From positions 15,872,001 through 15,936,000 of the forward strand of contig JBHGNT010000008.1 of NCBI GenBank assembly GCA_043228905.1: a DNA stretch of 64,000 nt. Reading direction: 5' to 3'. Shown here one piece after another: positions 61,301-64,000 of this stretch. The notes under the pieces were generated by a model. That model was not told where the DNA came from. It made no database searches and was given only the letters and a program-made list of their open reading frames with translations. The position numbers and the translations under genes were made by a program. The DNA comes from Azolla caroliniana (taxonomy: Eukaryota > Plantae > Polypodiophyta). Numbering within the stretch: position 1 is the first letter of the stretch; each line of letters begins with the position of its first letter.

Positions 61301-62926
61301 CCAAAGATTTCCGGATGTAGAGCATGTGCTGCTAACCAATGAGGGGGAGCCAGAAAGCTTCGAAGAAGCGAAGGATGACACCCACAGCCGAAAATGGTTA
61401 AGTGCCATGCAGGATGAGATGGATTCCCTGCATGAGAACCATACGTACGAATTGGTGGAGTTGCCGAAAGGAAAGCGGGCACTCCGAAATAAGTGGGTGT
61501 ACAAGTTGAAACCGGGAGATACCGGCAACCACCCGAGATACAAAGCCGGGATCGTGGTGAAGGGGTTCCAGCAGAAGAAGGGCGTGAGATATTTGCCCCG
61601 GTAGTAAAGATGACCTCCATCCGGATGGTGCTGAGTATAGCGGCAAGCATGGACCTCGAGGTAGAGCAGCTGGACGTGAGGACGGCATTCCTTCACGGTG
61701 ACCTCGAAGAGGAGATCTACATGCAGCAACCGGAAGGATTCGTGGAGAAAGGGAAGGAGCACCTGGTTTGCCAGTTGAAGAAGAGCCTCTACGGGTTGAA
61801 GCAGGCCCCCCGGCAATGGTACCGAAAGTTTGACTCCTTCATGACTGATCAAGGGTACCACAAGACGAAGTCCGATCATTGCGTGTTTGTGAAGAAGTTC
61901 GAAGGAGGCGACTTCCTGATACTCCTTCTGTATGTGGACGACATGTTGATCGTTGGACGGGACCAAGCCAAAATACGGATGCTGAAGAAGGCTCTCAACC
62001 GGACCTTCTCAATGAAAGACTTGGGTCCGGCAAGACAAATGTTGGGGATGCATATCATCCGGAACCGGCCAACGAAGCAACTGTGGCTGTCACAGAAGAA
62101 GTACGTGACAAAGGTGCTTCAGCGGTTCAACATGTCAGATGCGAAACCGGTCGGATCGACACTTCCGAAAATGCGGTAAGCAAAGCCCGAAGACGAAAGC
62201 AGAGAAGGCGGATATGATGAAGGTTCCATATGCCTCTGCCGTCGGGAGCTTGATGTACGCAATGGTGTGTACCCGAACGGATATAGGATACGCAGTCGGA
62301 GTGTTGAGCCGGTTTATGAGCAATCCCGGCAAGGAGCACTGGAACGCGGTCAAATGTATACTCCGGTACTTGAAGGGCACTTCAAATATGTGTCTCCGAT
62401 TCGGCTCCGGTAAACCTCAACTTGACGGTTTTACCGATTCGGACATGTCGGCTGATGTGGATACCAGCCGGTCTACATCCGGGTATGTAATGACATATGC
62501 AGGGGGAGTTGTTTCGTGGTAGTCAAGGCTGCAGAAGACGGTTGCGCTGTCAACCACAGAGCCGGAGTACATGGCGGTTGTGGAAGCCGGCAAGGAAATA
62601 TTATGGATGAAGGACTTCATCGGAGAGCTCGGTATCCGGCAAGATGAATACCGGCTCTATTGTGAGAGTCAAAGTGTCATCCACCTTGCTAAGAATGCGG
62701 CCTACCATTCCCGAACGAAGCATATCCAGCGAAGGTATCACTGGATCCGGGAAAGAGTCGATGACCAGGAGTTCATGCTGACGAAGATCCACAAGGCCGA
62801 GAACGGATCAGATATGCTGACCAAAGTACTGATACCTGACAAGATGGATGTATGCCGGAAGCAGATCAAACTAGTAAGACATCCCATGCCGGAGTGAAGG
62901 GGGAGTTTGTTAGGAAACAGGTTCCT

Positions 62927-63215
62927 CCGGATGGTGAAGACCCGGTGAGAACCGGATGAAGAGTACCCGGCTACGGAGAGCCGGATGGTGAAGACCCGGT
63001 GAGAACCGGATGAAGAGTACCCGGCTACGGAGAGCCGGATGGTGCAGACCCGGTGAGAACCGGATGAAGAGTACCTAGCTACGAAGAGCCGGATGGTGCA
63101 GACCTAGTGAGAACCGGATGACGAGTACCCGGAAACGGAAGACCCGGTGAGAACCGAATGACGAGTACCCAGCAAGCGCTGGATGATGCAAGCCCGGTGA
63201 GGAGTGCTCACCGGA
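62927..63215 (+). repeat. Same 54-bp tandem repeat in the Copia D 3' LTR, expanded (~4.5 units)
   Basis: Same unit; the 3' LTR is 90 bp longer than the 5' LTR. Confidence 0.92.
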
Positions 63216-64000
63216 TGAAGAGACATATTCGTAAATATGTTTCTGAGAGTCCATCGTGGCTATATTTGTAAATAGCCGAAAAGTCATATTAGCATAAATA
63301 TGACTTAGGGCAAACTTTAGTTATGTGAGTTGTTGTCATTCTTGTTGGAAAAAGACTAGAGAGTGCGTAATAGTGTACAAAGAGAGAGAGAGAGAGGAAG
63401 AGGTTGTTGCCTCTGTTGTAACCGCCGCCTGTGGCGAAGATTGTGAGCACAAGGTCGTTGCCTCTGTGAGGTCATTGTTGTAATCATTGTGATATAGTGA
63501 TAGTTTGGAGTCTGTGGACTCCCGTGGTTTTTTTTTCCCCTCTCAGGGTTTTCCACGTTAAACATCCTGTGTACTCTTCTCTCCTTTGTGTTGTGTGTTC
63601 ATTCCCCGTTTTCTGTGTTTGATTCTAAGCTCGGTTGTGGCCGAGCGTTACGCAGGGAGCGTGTAGTTCCTGTCAAGTACTTCTCCGATAAATTCACCTC
63701 CTACCCCCAAAGTGAAGGCATTCGGAGAGAATTCTCATGCCGACACACACCCCAACAAAATGGAGTCGCCGAAAGGAAGAATCGGCAAATACTCGAGGTA
63801 GCACGCACCATGATGCATGAGAAGCACATGTCGAACCTCTATTGGGCCGAAGCGGCATCCACGGCCGTCTATCTCATGAATCGATGCATCACTAATGGAG
63901 TGCATGAGCTAACTCCCTATGAGCTCCTCGTCGAAAGGAAGCTGATCCTATCGCATCTCAAGGTGTTCGGAAGCATTGCGAATGTATGCATCCCAAACGA

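Larger units (their letters stand above)
58165..63675 (+). mobile_element. Full-length Ty1/Copia (family D, Tto1/Tork-like); LTRs 58165-58842 and 62908-63675
   Basis: TSD AGTAT/AGTAC; PBS TGGTATCAGAGC at 58846-58857; PPT GAAGGGGGAG. gag-PR-INT ORF 58873-61101, then frameshifted RT (LLYVDD) and RNase H. Confidence 0.96.
55791..64000 (+). mobile_element. Ty1/Copia (family B-related): 5' LTR 55791-56238, PBS and gag-PR-INT, interrupted by Copia D and resuming at 63676
   Basis: PBS TGGTATCAGAG at 56239; CNYCDKIGHYEAEC, WLVDSGAS and IHSDVWGP. GKEYFSD is restored across the insertion. Confidence 0.92.

Overview
Eukaryotic land-plant nuclear DNA, probably a fern or other non-seed plant (inferred from the TE lineages and gene style). 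Two intact host genes lie convergently in an ~8-kb island: a 2-exon P-class PPR gene (+, 489 aa) and a 7-exon Rab7/RABG3 GTPase gene (-, 206 aa) whose intron 2 has U12 minor-spliceosome signals. A hAT-type MITE sits between them. Most of the rest is a nested pile of decayed retroelements: several Ty1/Copia families, Ty3/Gypsy elements (one full-length with a tRNA-Trp-like PBS and 4-bp TSD), L1 fragments, solo LTRs and an FCP1/NIF-like phosphatase relic. Three observations stand out. (1) A TSD-flanked, 5'-truncated L1 insertion carries 3' cargo made of a PLS-PPR fragment fused to scrambled CULLIN1 fragments. (2) Two related Gypsy LTRs carry an antisense tRNA-like module with Pol III A/B boxes. 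(3) The paired LTRs of one Gypsy insertion carry different CpG-rich tandem arrays. All calls were made by eye; no database searches were run.
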